NCBI GenBank assembly: GCA_021613535.1
Contig: CP075492.1
Span: 8,060,001 to 8,124,000, forward strand
Source: Adineta vaga
Lineage: Eukaryota > Animalia > Rotifera
DNA length: 64,000 nucleotides
Direction: 5' to 3'
The stretch's first letter is position 1, and each line of letters starts with the position of its first letter. Shown in pieces: positions 1-14,896 of the stretch. The position numbers and the translations under genes are program-made. The notes under the pieces were generated by a model. The model was not told the origin of the DNA and did not search any database. It worked only from the letters and a program-made list of their open reading frames with translations.

Positions 1-1856
1 ACAAACATCATTTGCTTCCAATATCACCTTTGAAAATGTACCTTATCAATATGAAAATGGAATGTGGTATCCTACTGGTGTAACATCAATACAACGAACA
101 GCTATTTTAATTCCATTACAAGGAAGAGATTTTAATGCAAAAGCATTTATATTGAATATACATGCATTTGCGCGACGACAGCTTTTAACATATACAATTA
201 TTCTCATCGAACAGGTATGTGTTTGATTACATGAATAATTTTAAGCTGTTTGGCATAGACTAACAAATAAACAAAGCACTTCAGAGGTTTCTTCTTTTTA
301 TAAACTGAATCGGCTAAAAGTACATGTTTTTGCGTACCCAAAAATGAGTACACTACTTGAATCGGCTGTGTCTCCGCCCATTTATACAATAACTCTTCAC
401 GGCCATATTCAATTTAGCTGAAATTTCGTACACAGAATTTTGTAATTAATATCTCAGTCAAGTTCGCAGATGAGCTCAATAGATTGTACCATTGGTGATT
501 TACAGAAAGATTTCTCAATATTTCTATACTTAAAGTAGAATGTTTGTCTGCCTCTTCGCTATCCATTCAGTTCCTGTAATAGCCAAGGTCACCAAACTTT
601 CCATGGTGCTTCCATAAGTCTAGGGAACGGTCAAGAGAGTGTTGACATACGAGTAGGTGATCTGGATGAATTTCACCCAAGTCTTCTCTGTGTTATTTCA
701 CATTATCAAAGTCATTCTAAGTGTGCTAGTTATTGAAAAAAAATGTAGAAATTCATTCAAAAACATAAGTTCTTTTAATTTGAATGCCTTATATGAACAT
801 TATTCAAGTATCAATAACATGTTATTGACAACAGATTTGAAACCTCTTGCTTTTTTTTGTCCACTGAAAAAGTGAGCGTATTACAGAATCAATCAGTATG
901 TCCGCCCACCCATTCGATTACACGATAAATCCTGAAAGACTAATCCACTTGTGATGAAACTTTCTACAGAATATTATCACATCAATATCTCGCTCAAATT
1001 CGAAGATGAGCCTGATTGGACGCACCACGCTGAGTTATTGAAAAACTGCTGACATTTTCCTATATCTTCTATCACATACGCCTTTTGCAGTACACATAAC
1101 TTTTGGATAAAATCCGAAGTTTCCTCATTTATTTTTCTTCTTTATAGGTAAGCCCACTTGGTCATCGATTTAATAAGGGTCGTCTATTCAATGCTGGTGT
1201 CCGTTATATTGAAAAGAATAAATCTTTAAATGTAACCTGTTTAATATTACATGATGTTGATTTAATTCCAGAAAATGATAGAAATTTTTATACCTGTGAA
1301 CCTTTACATCCAAAACATACAACAATACGTGTTCGACAAATTGGTAGTAAACGTGGTTATTCGCGTTATTATGAATTTTTAATTGGTGGTGTCTTATTAT
1401 TAACACCAGATATGTATAAAAAAGTGAATGGTTTTTCAAATTTATACTGGGGATGGGGTGGTGAAGATGATGATCTATCATTGAGGATGATACAGAGACG
1501 TATGTGTATTGTACGACCTCTCGATCCGGTCGCAATCTATGCTGGTAGGTTTAACACATTTGTTTTTTTCTTTCTGTATTTTGCATGATTTAGCCTTACC
1601 TCATCCGCATGGCCATCGAAATAACGCTCGTTTTAATCTATTAACATGGTCAACCGTTCGATTGGATACAGATGGATATAAACAAATCGATTCAATGATA
1701 CGTATTGTTAACATACAGAAAAGATCGACTGTTATTCATCTGAAATTGGATGTTAATGTTGATAAAAATTTTTCTCCATCGTCTTCATTCAATCAAGTTC
1801 ATGCAAAAATAACAACAAGCAGTAAAATGAATACAACATCTTCAAATACTACTTAG
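1..1856 (+). CDS. Beta-1,4-galactosyltransferase family (GT7) protein, 5' truncated by the window edge
   Basis: Hand-spliced exons <1-214, 1148-~1544 and ~1594-1856 give TAILIPLQGR...IILIEQ, RFNKGRLFNAG, LHDVDLIPEND and NGFSNLYWGWGGEDDDL, which are GT7 motifs. The first visible intron (215-1147) is unusually long. Confidence 0.92.
325..1050 (+). repeat. Two diverged direct copies of a ~170-nt element in the GT7 intron, possibly a non-autonomous transposon relic
   Basis: aatatctcagtcaagttcgcagatgagc (448-475) and aatatctcgctcaaattcgaagatgagc (984-1011) match at 24/28. Both are preceded by tccgccca...ac(a/g)ataa...tgaaa-type segments. Confidence 0.6.
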
Positions 1857-2167
1857 TTACTATTCTATCAGATATAAATCGATGTGTTTTTTTCCTTTAT
1901 TCAATACTATATTCATCGTATACTGTATAAGGATATATTTTCGTAATAAAATATTCTTCGACTGACAAGATCAGGTCACATATTTTCTCGTCTTGTCGTA
2001 GATATCTTACATCGGTTTTTTTATCTATTATATTTAAAATAAACTTGAGAGAGAAAAAACGATATTTACCAACTTCTTTTGTGGCTTCATCATAAACACT
2101 CTTTCTTTATCTATTTTTCTCCGAAATGTTTTTTAAATCTTATTCATTTCATGAATTTAGATCAGTG

Positions 2168-4559
2168 ATGACAGAAGAGATCATTCGTTGTGGCATATGT
2201 CATAATCAATATGTTAATCCACGGATATTACCGTGTTTACATACATATTGTCTAGATTGTATTAAACGAAATACTGTTATTGAAAACGATGAATTTGAAT
2301 GTCCTCGACAGGATACAACTAGAGTGAAGAGAAATTCTATTGATTCATTATCGGTCAATCAAACAATGCAAGATGTTATTGATTTCTTAGGTAAATAGAT
2401 TAGTTTCTATCATGATATTGATCTAAATTTCGCTCTAGCATTGTCATCCGGTTCAATTCAATGTTCAAATTGTTCTTCAACTAAATCCGAACATTGGTGT
2501 AATGAATGTTCGAAAAATTATTGTGCTGAATGTTCTAATACTATTCATACAATGCGTCCATTTCGTGATCATCATATACTTTCTATTCGAGAAAAACCGA
2601 GTGAATTATTTGCTTGTGAAAAACATACCGATGAAAAATTGAAATATTGGTGTCAAAAATGTGCTCAATTTGTTTGCAGTGATTGTTTGTTGAATGAACA
2701 TAAAGATCACTCGTATGTTGTCATTCAAAAAATAGCAAAAGAATTACAAACAAAAGTAACTTTTTAAAAAGAACATTTTATCATTCTATACAGTTTTATT
2801 ATCTCTAGATAAATGTAGATCTAGTTCATATTCAATCATCGTTGGATAAGAAAGTTAGTGAACGTAATAGTTTGTTAACAGCAAGTGGTATTGATCATGA
2901 ATTAAACAAGAAACAAATTGGTGAAGCAATGGAATTCTTACAAAAAGTTATTCGAGAACATGAACGAGAAATGCAAATGAAGATTGAAAATTTTCAAATG
3001 ACTGAAAAAAAAGAATTGGAAGAATATCATAATCGATTAGAAAATGAAGTGGAAAGTTTATATATACAGAAGAAAACATTAGAAATTCTTCTATCAAGTA
3101 ATGATCAAATGAAATTATTACGTGCAAGACAAGGTTTTCTCATTTATATCAATCGAGTTAATCAAATCTTAGCACAATTACGAGTACCAAACAAACGTGA
3201 ATATAGTATTGAAGGTATAGATATTGATAATGTACCAAAATTAAGAAATGAAATTCGACAATGTGGACAAGTCGTCGAAAAAAAAGTATCAATAATCAAT
3301 GGAGAAATTCATCATAATTTTCAATTAGAAAAATTCATTGTTGATCATGAAAATGAACAACGATGGAAGATTTCAATGGGACATTTAACCAATCAGGATA
3401 TAGAAATTATCACTAAAGCATTGCAACGTTATCCTGTGAGCAGAATAATCTTTTCTTTTGTCGAAGAAATATCTGCATTTTTCTGTTTACATAGACATTA
3501 ACTGAACTTCATCTAACTGAAAATGAAATTGATGATCAAGGTATAAGAAGTCTTGCTTCTGTTCTTGCACAAAATCAAGTAAGTATTTTCATTCTTGACT
3601 TTTCTTTTATCTATTTCTATCTATAGACATTAACAAAACTTTCTTTATATGAAAATCAAATTAGTGATGAAGGCGTACGATATCTTAGTGATGCTCTTGA
3701 TCTGAATAAAGTAAAACTAATTTTAATTTGTGTTCAATATACACTTCTATTTATTTAGGTTTTAACAACACTCGATCTTTGTCGTAATCAAATTGGTAAC
3801 CGAGGTATTCAATATCTTGCTGATATGCTTAGTAGAAATAAAGTAATGAAAATAATCAATTCATTTTGACAGCATCATCTATTTCTTCTATTGTACAGAC
3901 ATTAGAAATTCTTCATCTTTCTGAAAATCCAATTGGTGATCAAGGTGCACAATATCTTGCTGATGCACTTCAACAGAATAGAGTAATAATTCTTCTCTCT
4001 ATATTTCATATACATTCTCTATTGATATATAGCGATTATCAGTCATTTATCTCTCGCAAAATCAAATTGGTGATCAAGGAGTACATCATCTTGCTGATGC
4101 ACTTATGCATAATACAGTCAGTTCACTGATCTCTCACTCTTTTTCTTTCTTCAATCGTATATTTTCGTAGACATTGATAACGTTGAGTCTTTATCATAAT
4201 AATATTGGCGATCTTGGTGCTCAAAGTTTAGCTAAAGCACTCGTACAAAACAGAGTAATAAAAGAAATCTTCTCTACTTTGCTTTTCCATCTATATATAT
4301 ATATCGTTTTTATAAAGACTTTAACAACGCTCTATCTTGCTCATAATCAAATTGGTAACGATGGTGTCCAACAACTTCTTGATATTTTTCAACAAAATAG
4401 GGTACACGTCTTACAGCATTTCTTTCTCTCATACATTTTCCTTCTCTTTGATAGGCATTAACTACATTTAGTCTTCATCAAAATCAAACTGATGAAATAG
4501 CACAACAATCAATAAATCAATTTTTGAAAAGAAATCCTCATATGACAATATCTTGTTGA
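2168..4559 (+). CDS. TRIM-type RING-Bbox-Bbox-coiled-coil protein with C-terminal 28-aa LRRs (compact paralog)
   Basis: RING CGIC...PCLHTYCLDC...CPRQD, two B-boxes and a coiled coil. These are followed by seven 84-nt phase-0 LRR exons (3495-3578, 3627-3710, 3759-3842, 3899-3982, 4033-4116, 4171-4254, 4318-4401) and a terminal exon at 4455-4559. Introns are about 48-63 nt. The start codon is uncertain. Confidence 0.9.
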
Positions 4560-5130
4560 TGTTTCTCTTTCGATTACACATAAGAATGCAATAAAAAAAA
4601 TCTAGATTAAATCATTAAAAAATAAAGAACAACTGTACTATATAAATGGTAATATGATGCTCGCGAAAGAATGAAGAAGTTAAAAAATTCTAGCGCTTCT
4701 CTCTCGACAAGTTTATAGAACTAATTATCATTGACAGAAAGAGAAAAAGAAAAGTTGATAGGAGATCAAAGCATGCACGTCAAACACAACTGTATCAATC
4801 AGTCGTGTCAATACACCATGAGCATCATCGTCTCGGTCATGGATTCAATTAGAATAGCCGAAAGGCATAAAATGTCAGTTTACAATTTGTATATGCGAAA
4901 ATGAGAGAGAGAGAGGGACAATTCAGAACTTGACGAGAAATTTATACTGTTAGAATTCTCGCATAGAAAGAAAAACATGCTGATGAATGATAAGAGAATA
5001 GAATATGATAGGAAGATGGTAACGGCACGGTCCTGCTCATTGCCTATGCTAATTGAAATAAAGATGTGTGAACAACACGATCAGAGATCAGTTTGATTTG
5101 ATTAAACATACTGACAAGACAATAATTGAA

Positions 5131-6440
5131 ATGATGTACACATACTTGTTCATATTAATCCTTATCCAATCTTATACAATAGTTATCAGTGAAGGTAAAT
5201 ATTTTAAGAAAATACTATATTCTATTCAATGTTTATCTTGACATAGATATTGATATTGAACATGCAAGTTCATTTGTTCGTCGAGAAATATGGAATTGGT
5301 GGGATTATTCAGATGGTGTTAGTGGACCAGCCTTATGGGGTATTTATTTTCCACTTTGTGATGCGGGTCGTTTTCAATCACCGATTAATATTGAAAGTCG
5401 CCATCTTATTTTTGATTATCAATTAACACCAATCTATATGAATAACAGTGAAAACGTTTGTTGTTTTTTTCTTTCATTATAAGACATAACAATAATCTTT
5501 TTTTTGTTGTTATTGTTGATAGGTACATGGTATACTTCGTAATGATGGACGTAATCTTTTTATCATTATTCCGTTGGATTCCAATTCCGAAATTGAGATT
5601 GGCGGAGGACCACTTCAATATAAATATCGACCAGTAGAAATTTATATTCGTTTAACACCACCAACATTGGGTAATGAAACACCACGGGGAAGTGAACATC
5701 AAATTGATAATCGATCATTTCATGGCGAAGTTTGTTCCTATTGATATTATATATATATACATTGAATATTCTTGTTTGTTTTTCGTCGATTAGATACAAC
5801 TCGTCGCATATAATATTGATCTTTATAAAGATTATGATCAAGCTCAAACATCACCCAAGGGTATTGCCATCTTATCGAGTATGCTCATGGTATGTATAAA
5901 AGAAACAATAACATCAATAAAACAAAAGATATCTTCATCATTTGATTTTAGTTGGGTGGTGATGCTTCTGAACAATTACGTTATGTTTTACATCAAGCTG
6001 AATTATTAAATAATACGCAACGACCAGCAGATATTGAATTACGTAAACTTGATTTAACAAAATTGATGGCTGTTTCATCAGAATATATGACTTATGAAGG
6101 TAGTTTAACATGGCCAGGATGTTTTGAAAGTGTGACATGGATTATATTTAATGAATATCAACAAATTTTAAGTACTTATTTACAAACACTTTTTCCAAAT
6201 ATTCTTCGATTTGTAACAAATCGTCGATCATTAGTTGTTGGAACTAGTGCACATCGAAATGTTCGAACCAATATTGGTTTTCAACAGTGGTTTCGTTCAA
6301 CAACTCCTTCGTCAACAACATGTCAGCCAATCAATCATATCATTGAATATCAAGGTAAAAGTAAATTTATTTATTTCATAAAGTCAAACGTTCTTTTCAT
6401 ATTTTCAGTTAATAGTGACTTTGACGTACCAAGCAGTTAA
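5131..6440 (+). CDS. Secreted carbonic anhydrase-related protein (CA10/CA11-like, probably acatalytic)
   Basis: Hydrophobic N-terminus, then WWDYSDGVSGPALWG...GRFQSPINI, RGSEHQID and YMTYEGSLTWPGCFESVTWI. The zinc-ligand histidines are replaced (EIYIRL and IQLVAYN). Confidence 0.85.
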
Positions 6441-6789
6441 TCTTAAGACATTGTTTTTAGATGTATGTGTTCGTTTCTTTTTTTCTAACTTAATAAACAT
6501 ATTCATATACTCATAGAAAAGAAAAGAAAAAGGATAAGTTCAATTTCTGTTCTATTTTCCACACACGCATGTTAATAAAGCTCGAATATAAGTAATTCAG
6601 AGAATGAGAAGAAAAAAAACTCACAAACAAATACAAAAAAAAATCATTAAATAGACAAACAAGAAAAAAAGGAAAAAGAAAAGAAACATCTGCTTTTGAT
6701 TTTTTTTTCTATTCATATGTGACTTTCTTTGATCTACTAACGCTTGTTTTTTCTTATCATTCACTGTTTCTAAAGAAAATCAACTAAAA

Positions 6790-9091
<2,302 letters not shown>

Positions 9092-9249
9092 GATTAAATA
9101 AATATATTATTGAAACGAATGGCGGGAATGATTTTTTGTTCGTTATTCGATTTGAAAAATTCCATTCCTTAGATGTCACTAGTCAATTCGGAAACCAATC
9201 GAATTTATTAGCGAAAAACGGTACGATAGATAAAGAGAAGATAATAACA

Positions 9250-10370
9250 ATGAATAATTTATTTGATAATACGGAAAAATTCGTGAAATATAATCGTAAG
9301 AAATTTGAAGAATTACAAATCAAAAATGTTTTAAATCCTTCGAATCAAACATTTATTAATGAACAACAAGCAAAAGATTTAGGAATTATTTTCAATGGTT
9401 ACTATCGAAATGGGTAAAATGAATTTATTTCAAAGACACTTCTTTATTTTCTTTTTCTTTAGTTATGGTGGATTGATTCCATTAGTATATTGTTTAGTAT
9501 ATCTTTGCTTTTTTTCTCATCATTTTATCTTTAGAATATCGCTGCGAATAAAGGTTTTATTCAATTAACTACAGATGATGAAATTCAAATTGAATATCAT
9601 TCGAAACAATCACCGATGAAAACAATTCTTAATATTCATCAAGTTTATGATGGTACTCATCAATGTATGATTACATGTCGACAAGCTATTGATAAATGTT
9701 ATCTAAATCTTCAATTATTTTCTTATTCGAATATAAATTTGTGTATGCCAATTCATGATGCATTCTGTAAAGGTTTGATTACTGGTGAATTACGTACAGT
9801 TGTAACTGAATCGAAATCAATCATTCATGTTAATGAAAAACATAGTTTTGATTATGAAAATATATTTTCAACGTTAACCAATATTATCAATAGTTTAAGT
9901 GAATTTCGAAATACAGTTCAGATTAGTGATCAATGTGAATTAACGTCAGATGGTTTTATACGAGAGAAGAAAACAGAGAAAAGTTATTTGTTAACACAAG
10001 CAATAGAACTTGGACTCGTTTCTATCAAAGATATTTCCTTAAAAGATCGATGGGAGTATTCACAAAATGTATGATAAAAATCTAAAATAACGTGAATTAT
10101 TTCTTAAATTTTTGATTTAAGGAATCAACACTTGTCAATGAAACACTATCAACAATGGTAAATGAAACTCGTGATGAAAATGAATTGTTACCGGTAATCG
10201 AATTTTTATTTGTTTCAATTTATTTAAATTTAATACTATTTTAGTATTTTTCGGATACATTCATATTGGATTTAATGAAAGTAACTGGTAGTGCAACAGA
10301 TGAATTTGAAAAATGTGAACGACTTTTAAGCAATACAAAACAATTCTTATCTTCAATAAACACATATTAA
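9250..10370 (+). CDS. Uncharacterised multi-exon protein with weak plectin-repeat-like motifs
   Basis: ORF pieces 9136-9417 and 9616-10074 plus downstream exons ending at a TAA near 10370. The motifs IHDAFCKGLI and LTQAIELGLV recall plectin repeats. Exact splicing was not resolved. Confidence 0.55.
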
Positions 10371-10588
10371 GAAAGAAAATCTTTGTACTATATGAATTTG
10401 TATATTGAGAATTATTTGATAAGGTTTATATATATTCTTATTTTATGAAGAAGAATTAATAAAATGCATATTGTTCATTCACATTGTTAGAGTCATTTGG
10501 ATACATACAGAGCGTCTGATTCTTTGGAAAACGAATTTAATTTTTTCATGATTTATTGAGTAATAGATAAAATAATTGATAATTCTAT

Positions 10589-12652
10589 TTATGATTTCTG
10601 TTTGATACGTTCAAGATTCTTTCTACATACTTGAAGATTATGATGATCCAATGGTAATGCTTGTTGTCCAATTTCTACAGCACGTTCATAAAATGATCGT
10701 GCATTTACATAATCTATCATACCTTCATAAACGAGACCAATATTATTGTAAGACGATAAGAAACCATAATGATTTGATGGAAGTGATTCTTGTTTAATAT
10801 CAAGAGCTTCTTTATGAAATGAAAGAGCATCATTGTAAGCATATATACTATAATAAACATTTCCAATACTCATATAACACATAGCTAAATCAGGATGATT
10901 GCATGGTAGTGATAGTTTGTAAATTTCAAGAGCTTTTGCATATGATATCAATGCTTTATCATAATCACCTCGAATGAAATAAACATTACCAAGACTATTG
11001 TGAGATGTAGCTAAATCCAAATGATTGAATGAAAGTAATCTTTCTCGAATTTTTAAAGCTTTTTCATCCGAGAGAAGTGCTTTTGAATAAAGATGCATGC
11101 TACAATAACTATTACCAAGTTCATTGTATATATTCGCCAGATCAAGTTCATTAAAAGAAGAATTCTTTCTAAAAATTTTCAATGTTTTCTTATAAAAATG
11201 AATTGCTTTTTGATATTTTCCTTGAGCATCTTTGATGCGTCCTAGTTGATGATAAATAGATCCTTTATCATTGTAATTCGTCGTCTGTTTCAGAGATATT
11301 TTCAAAGTCTCTTCAGCTTTATCAAATTGTCCGATTTTAAATAATAATACACCTAATCTATACCATGCATTGGATAGTGGGTATGTTTCTTTTCGAATAT
11401 GATTAGTTAATGTACATAATTCCTTATCTTTATCATTTGTAAGTACTAACTTGACTTCGTACAATCGACTTTTTCCTTCCATTGGTTGAATGTCTCGTAT
11501 ACGAAAAACCGTATGCATAGAAAATAAAATTTCATCTTCATCACCAAAATAACTTATATTTTTCACTGAAGCAAAAGGTGTTCTTGATTGACTTGGATCA
11601 ATTTCCATAATGAATATAATTCCTACTAAATCAGGATTTATGATTGTCTTTGTTGCAAAATCCAATGCAACGCGATGAATTTTACTTGTAGACAAAAAAT
11701 TATTGAAAGATATTAATCCACCTATCGTTTGTTTCATTGTCTCGAAATCTACTTTTGATAAACCTTGTCCACGATATACTGTAAAGACATCAGAAGACAT
11801 TGAACGATCATGTTGATTCTCATGTAATTGTTCTATATGACGATGAAGATCACCAATAAAGAAACCCATGTGAGTTATTGTATTACCATCCAATGATCGT
11901 AATGAATGATTGAGCATCGAATAGAGAAAACAATGATATGTATACCACCAAATAGGTGATTTATCATGATAGGATTTTTGTACTTCTTGAATAATACTTA
12001 ATTCTCGTGTATTTTTATTGAATATATGACGAGCATATTTCAGATAGTTTTTCATATGTTTTTGTTCAAATTTAATCGTTAATAAAATCTCTTTGAAGAT
12101 TTGTGTATACATAAATGATGGATCTAAATGATTTAAAGTTTTATTTGGCATTACAAAACTTATTGGCATGGAGTTTTCTTCACATTGGCAAACGGCTTCT
12201 TTGAGAGCATCATAGATGGGTTGCATTTTTGTATAAATACCTTTTATTTTTGGCCACATTTGAGCCCATTGTTCATGTTGATTTCTATTTCGACAATAGA
12301 TAAATATTGAGTCTATTTGTAAAAGATCATGAATATTTGGTACACAATTTTTTCCATCAGAACCAGATACAATTAAACATATCTTCGTATTTGTGATATT
12401 ATTAATGAAATCAATACACTGTTGACGATCGATAAATGAATTAACACCATTTACAATCTGTCGTAAACGCGTAATTTTTCTACGATATGCAGGAGTTTTT
12501 AAGTTGATGTTTTTATCCAACCATATTAATAGAACGTTTTGGACTCGTCGACTAATTCTCTTGGAACATGTCCTAGTACGTTCAAGTGAATCATGAATAT
12601 CATTAGTATTGCAGACGCGAATCAAATTTGCATCATTCATTGTTGCTTGCAT
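10589..12652 (-). CDS. ADP-ribosyltransferase (R-S-E type) domain plus TPR repeat protein
   Basis: Intronless 687-aa ORF with VYRGQG, FNNFLSTS and EDEILF motifs, followed by about six TPRs (e.g. LATSHNSLGNVYFIRGDYDKALISYAKAL). Confidence 0.9.
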   Translation of the reverse strand: MQATMNDANLIRVCNTNDIHDSLERTRTCSKRISRRVQNVLLIWLDKNINLKTPAYRRKITRLRQIVNGVNSFIDRQQCIDFINNITNTKICLIVSGSDGKNCVPNIHDLLQIDSIFIYCRNRNQHEQWAQMWPKIKGIYTKMQPIYDALKEAVCQCEENSMPISFVMPNKTLNHLDPSFMYTQIFKEILLTIKFEQKHMKNYLKYARHIFNKNTRELSIIQEVQKSYHDKSPIWWYTYHCFLYSMLNHSLRSLDGNTITHMGFFIGDLHRHIEQLHENQHDRSMSSDVFTVYRGQGLSKVDFETMKQTIGGLISFNNFLSTSKIHRVALDFATKTIINPDLVGIIFIMEIDPSQSRTPFASVKNISYFGDEDEILFSMHTVFRIRDIQPMEGKSRLYEVKLVLTNDKDKELCTLTNHIRKETYPLSNAWYRLGVLLFKIGQFDKAEETLKISLKQTTNYNDKGSIYHQLGRIKDAQGKYQKAIHFYKKTLKIFRKNSSFNELDLANIYNELGNSYCSMHLYSKALLSDEKALKIRERLLSFNHLDLATSHNSLGNVYFIRGDYDKALISYAKALEIYKLSLPCNHPDLAMCYMSIGNVYYSIYAYNDALSFHKEALDIKQESLPSNHYGFLSSYNNIGLVYEGMIDYVNARSFYERAVEIGQQALPLDHHNLQVCRKNLERIKQKS

Positions 12653-12899
12653 GGATGTTGTAAAATACAGGTAATATATGTATCGACTGCCTACTTCCTT
12701 TTTTGTTCTCTTACGTATTATAGAAAGAAAGAAAAAAGAATTCTCTCATTGACTCTATAAAACGAATAAATACCAGAAAAAAGGTTTTTTATTATCAAAG
12801 CCTTGCTTTCAGTATTTTACGGTCTGTTACAGTACAATGTTTTATGTATGTTTTGTTAATCAAATATAAAGACAAAAAAAATGAAAGATATTAATAAGT

Positions 12900-14021
12900 T
12901 TATTCGGTACAAAAACGTTGTATTCGATGATTTAAATGATCAGCAACATAAATGTGACCATTTTGATCTAAGGTTAAACCCCATGGATAGTACAATTGAT
13001 TTTCTTCTTCTTCTTTTTCACGATCACCACTTGCAATAATAGTACCTTCTGTCGCTTCTTTAGGCCAACGCATAACTCGATGATTTCCATAATCTGCAAC
13101 GTAGATATTTTCGGATGCATCGACAACCAATCCTCGTGGAAAACCTCGACCAATAATAGTTCCTTCAGTTGCATCGCTATTCCATTTCATGATACGTTGA
13201 TTCAATGTGTCTGACACATAGAGAGTCTGTTGTGGAGTGACAGAGATATACGTTGGTTGATAGAGTTGATCAAGACCAATACCTTGTCCGTTTCCACCAG
13301 CGACAACGATGCCATTAGGATCCCCCATTTGATATCGTCTGACTTCATGATTTTCGATATCAGACACGTATAGATTTCTTTGATTATCCAAAGCTATTCC
13401 CCAACATCCAATGTTGTCAAGAAGTATTTCACCTTCAGTAGTACCTTCATTTCGAGACCATCGAACAATTCGTCGATTGCCTCGATCACAGATAATAACA
13501 CTATTTGTTTCTTTGTCCAAAAGTAGATCAGTTGGATTACTCAATTGATTTAGTTGATCTCCTTGCTCGTGACCACCTGCAATTATTTGACCATTCTTTT
13601 CATCTATCTTCCATTGAAGAATTCGATGATTACCCCAATCTGCAATAATTATTGTTTGATCCTCATCGATAACCAGACCATAAGGGTAACAGAATTCATC
13701 CAAACCATTGCCTGACCCATATCCACCAGCAACAGTCCTATTATTTTGAGCAGATCCTATTGTCAATGAAATAAACTTCGATAAATGAATGAATTTTCAA
13801 AACTTACGTAGAATAAGATGAAGTACGGCATTATCACCAATTCCATAACTTGATAATAATTTGCTATTTTTAAGTTGTTTTTCTCCAAACATGAGTCGTT
13901 GTAATTCAGTACGAATTCGTTCTTTACTTTGTATCTTTTTCTTTACATTTCGAACGGTATCATTCGGTTGAATGTCTAATGCTATTGATTTTCCTTCGAA
14001 GGTGCGAACAGATATTTGCAT
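12900..14021 (-). CDS. Ubiquitin-like domain fused to an NHL-repeat beta-propeller
   Basis: The UBL ORF (MQISVRTFEGK...LHLILR) joins the NHL ORF in frame through a 51-nt GTAAGT...AATAG intron (13807-13757), giving LHLILR-SAQNNRTVAGG. NHL repeats include IYVADYGNHRV. Confidence 0.85.
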
Positions 14022-14896
14022 TATTCTAAAAAAAAATGAGTTCGATTCTTATGCTAACTGTTTATCTTAGTTAAAGATAAATTTTGCTTCAAAAATCTTC
14101 TTTTTTTGTATCCCTTCTATACCAGTATATTTACGATAAGAAACGAAAAAGTCTGATGGGGTTTTCATGAGACATTCGTCTTCATCTTATAGACTTTAGA
14201 TGTAACCGATAAAAGTGAGTCTTGTACGTGCGGAAGGACTACACTTTTAGTATAGTATAGATAGAGTTAAGCAAGAATGAGAGGGATCTAAAAAACTTTT
14301 TCTTCGTAGAATGAATGCTTGCATACTAGTACTACTCAGAGAGGAACCTTATTCAATTATATTTTCTATGATATGTTATCTGAATATTTTCTCACTCCTA
14401 TGCTTGTAGACTCTTTTTCTTCGAACTGAGTTTGTTTGCCGCTCTATAGATATGCGCACACATTCCTTTTTTTTTATCAGCTTCGCTGGTCTATAAAAAG
14501 ACGTTTCAGAGGCCCTGTTTCATTTCATTATCATACTTGCACTCTCCATCACATCGTCAAAACATTTTTATATATGCGGTTTCATATATCGATAAGCAAT
14601 GAATATTTTTTCTTATTTAATTCCGTTGAGACGGCAAAAAACAGTTAACTTACATTCGTATTTGTACAGTCTACACAAAGAGAATCGCTCGTCGTTAAGA
14701 GTTACTATGCAAAAATAATGTGTTTTTGTTTTTTCTCTCTTGCCTTACCGCATTTTAACTGGGAAAAATTCAACAGCGACGTCTAGAAAAATGCGCATTT
14801 CTTCTATGTCTATTCTTTGTAGTCTTCATCTCTTTAAAACTCTTTTTTCTTCTAGATTTTACATTTTTTCATTACGATTATTTTCAATTGATCAAC

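Noticed and set aside
5131-6440. Missing zinc histidines as evidence of a pseudogene or novel enzyme
   Set aside because: Loss of these residues is the known state of CA-related proteins, and the reading frame is intact.
13797-14021. Stand-alone ubiquitin or NEDD8 gene
   Set aside because: It has no C-terminal GG, and a canonical intron joins it in frame to the NHL exon.
14158-14771. kappaB-like sites (ggggttttca, gggaaaaattc) in the divergent promoter
   Set aside because: They are imperfect short matches that could easily arise by chance.
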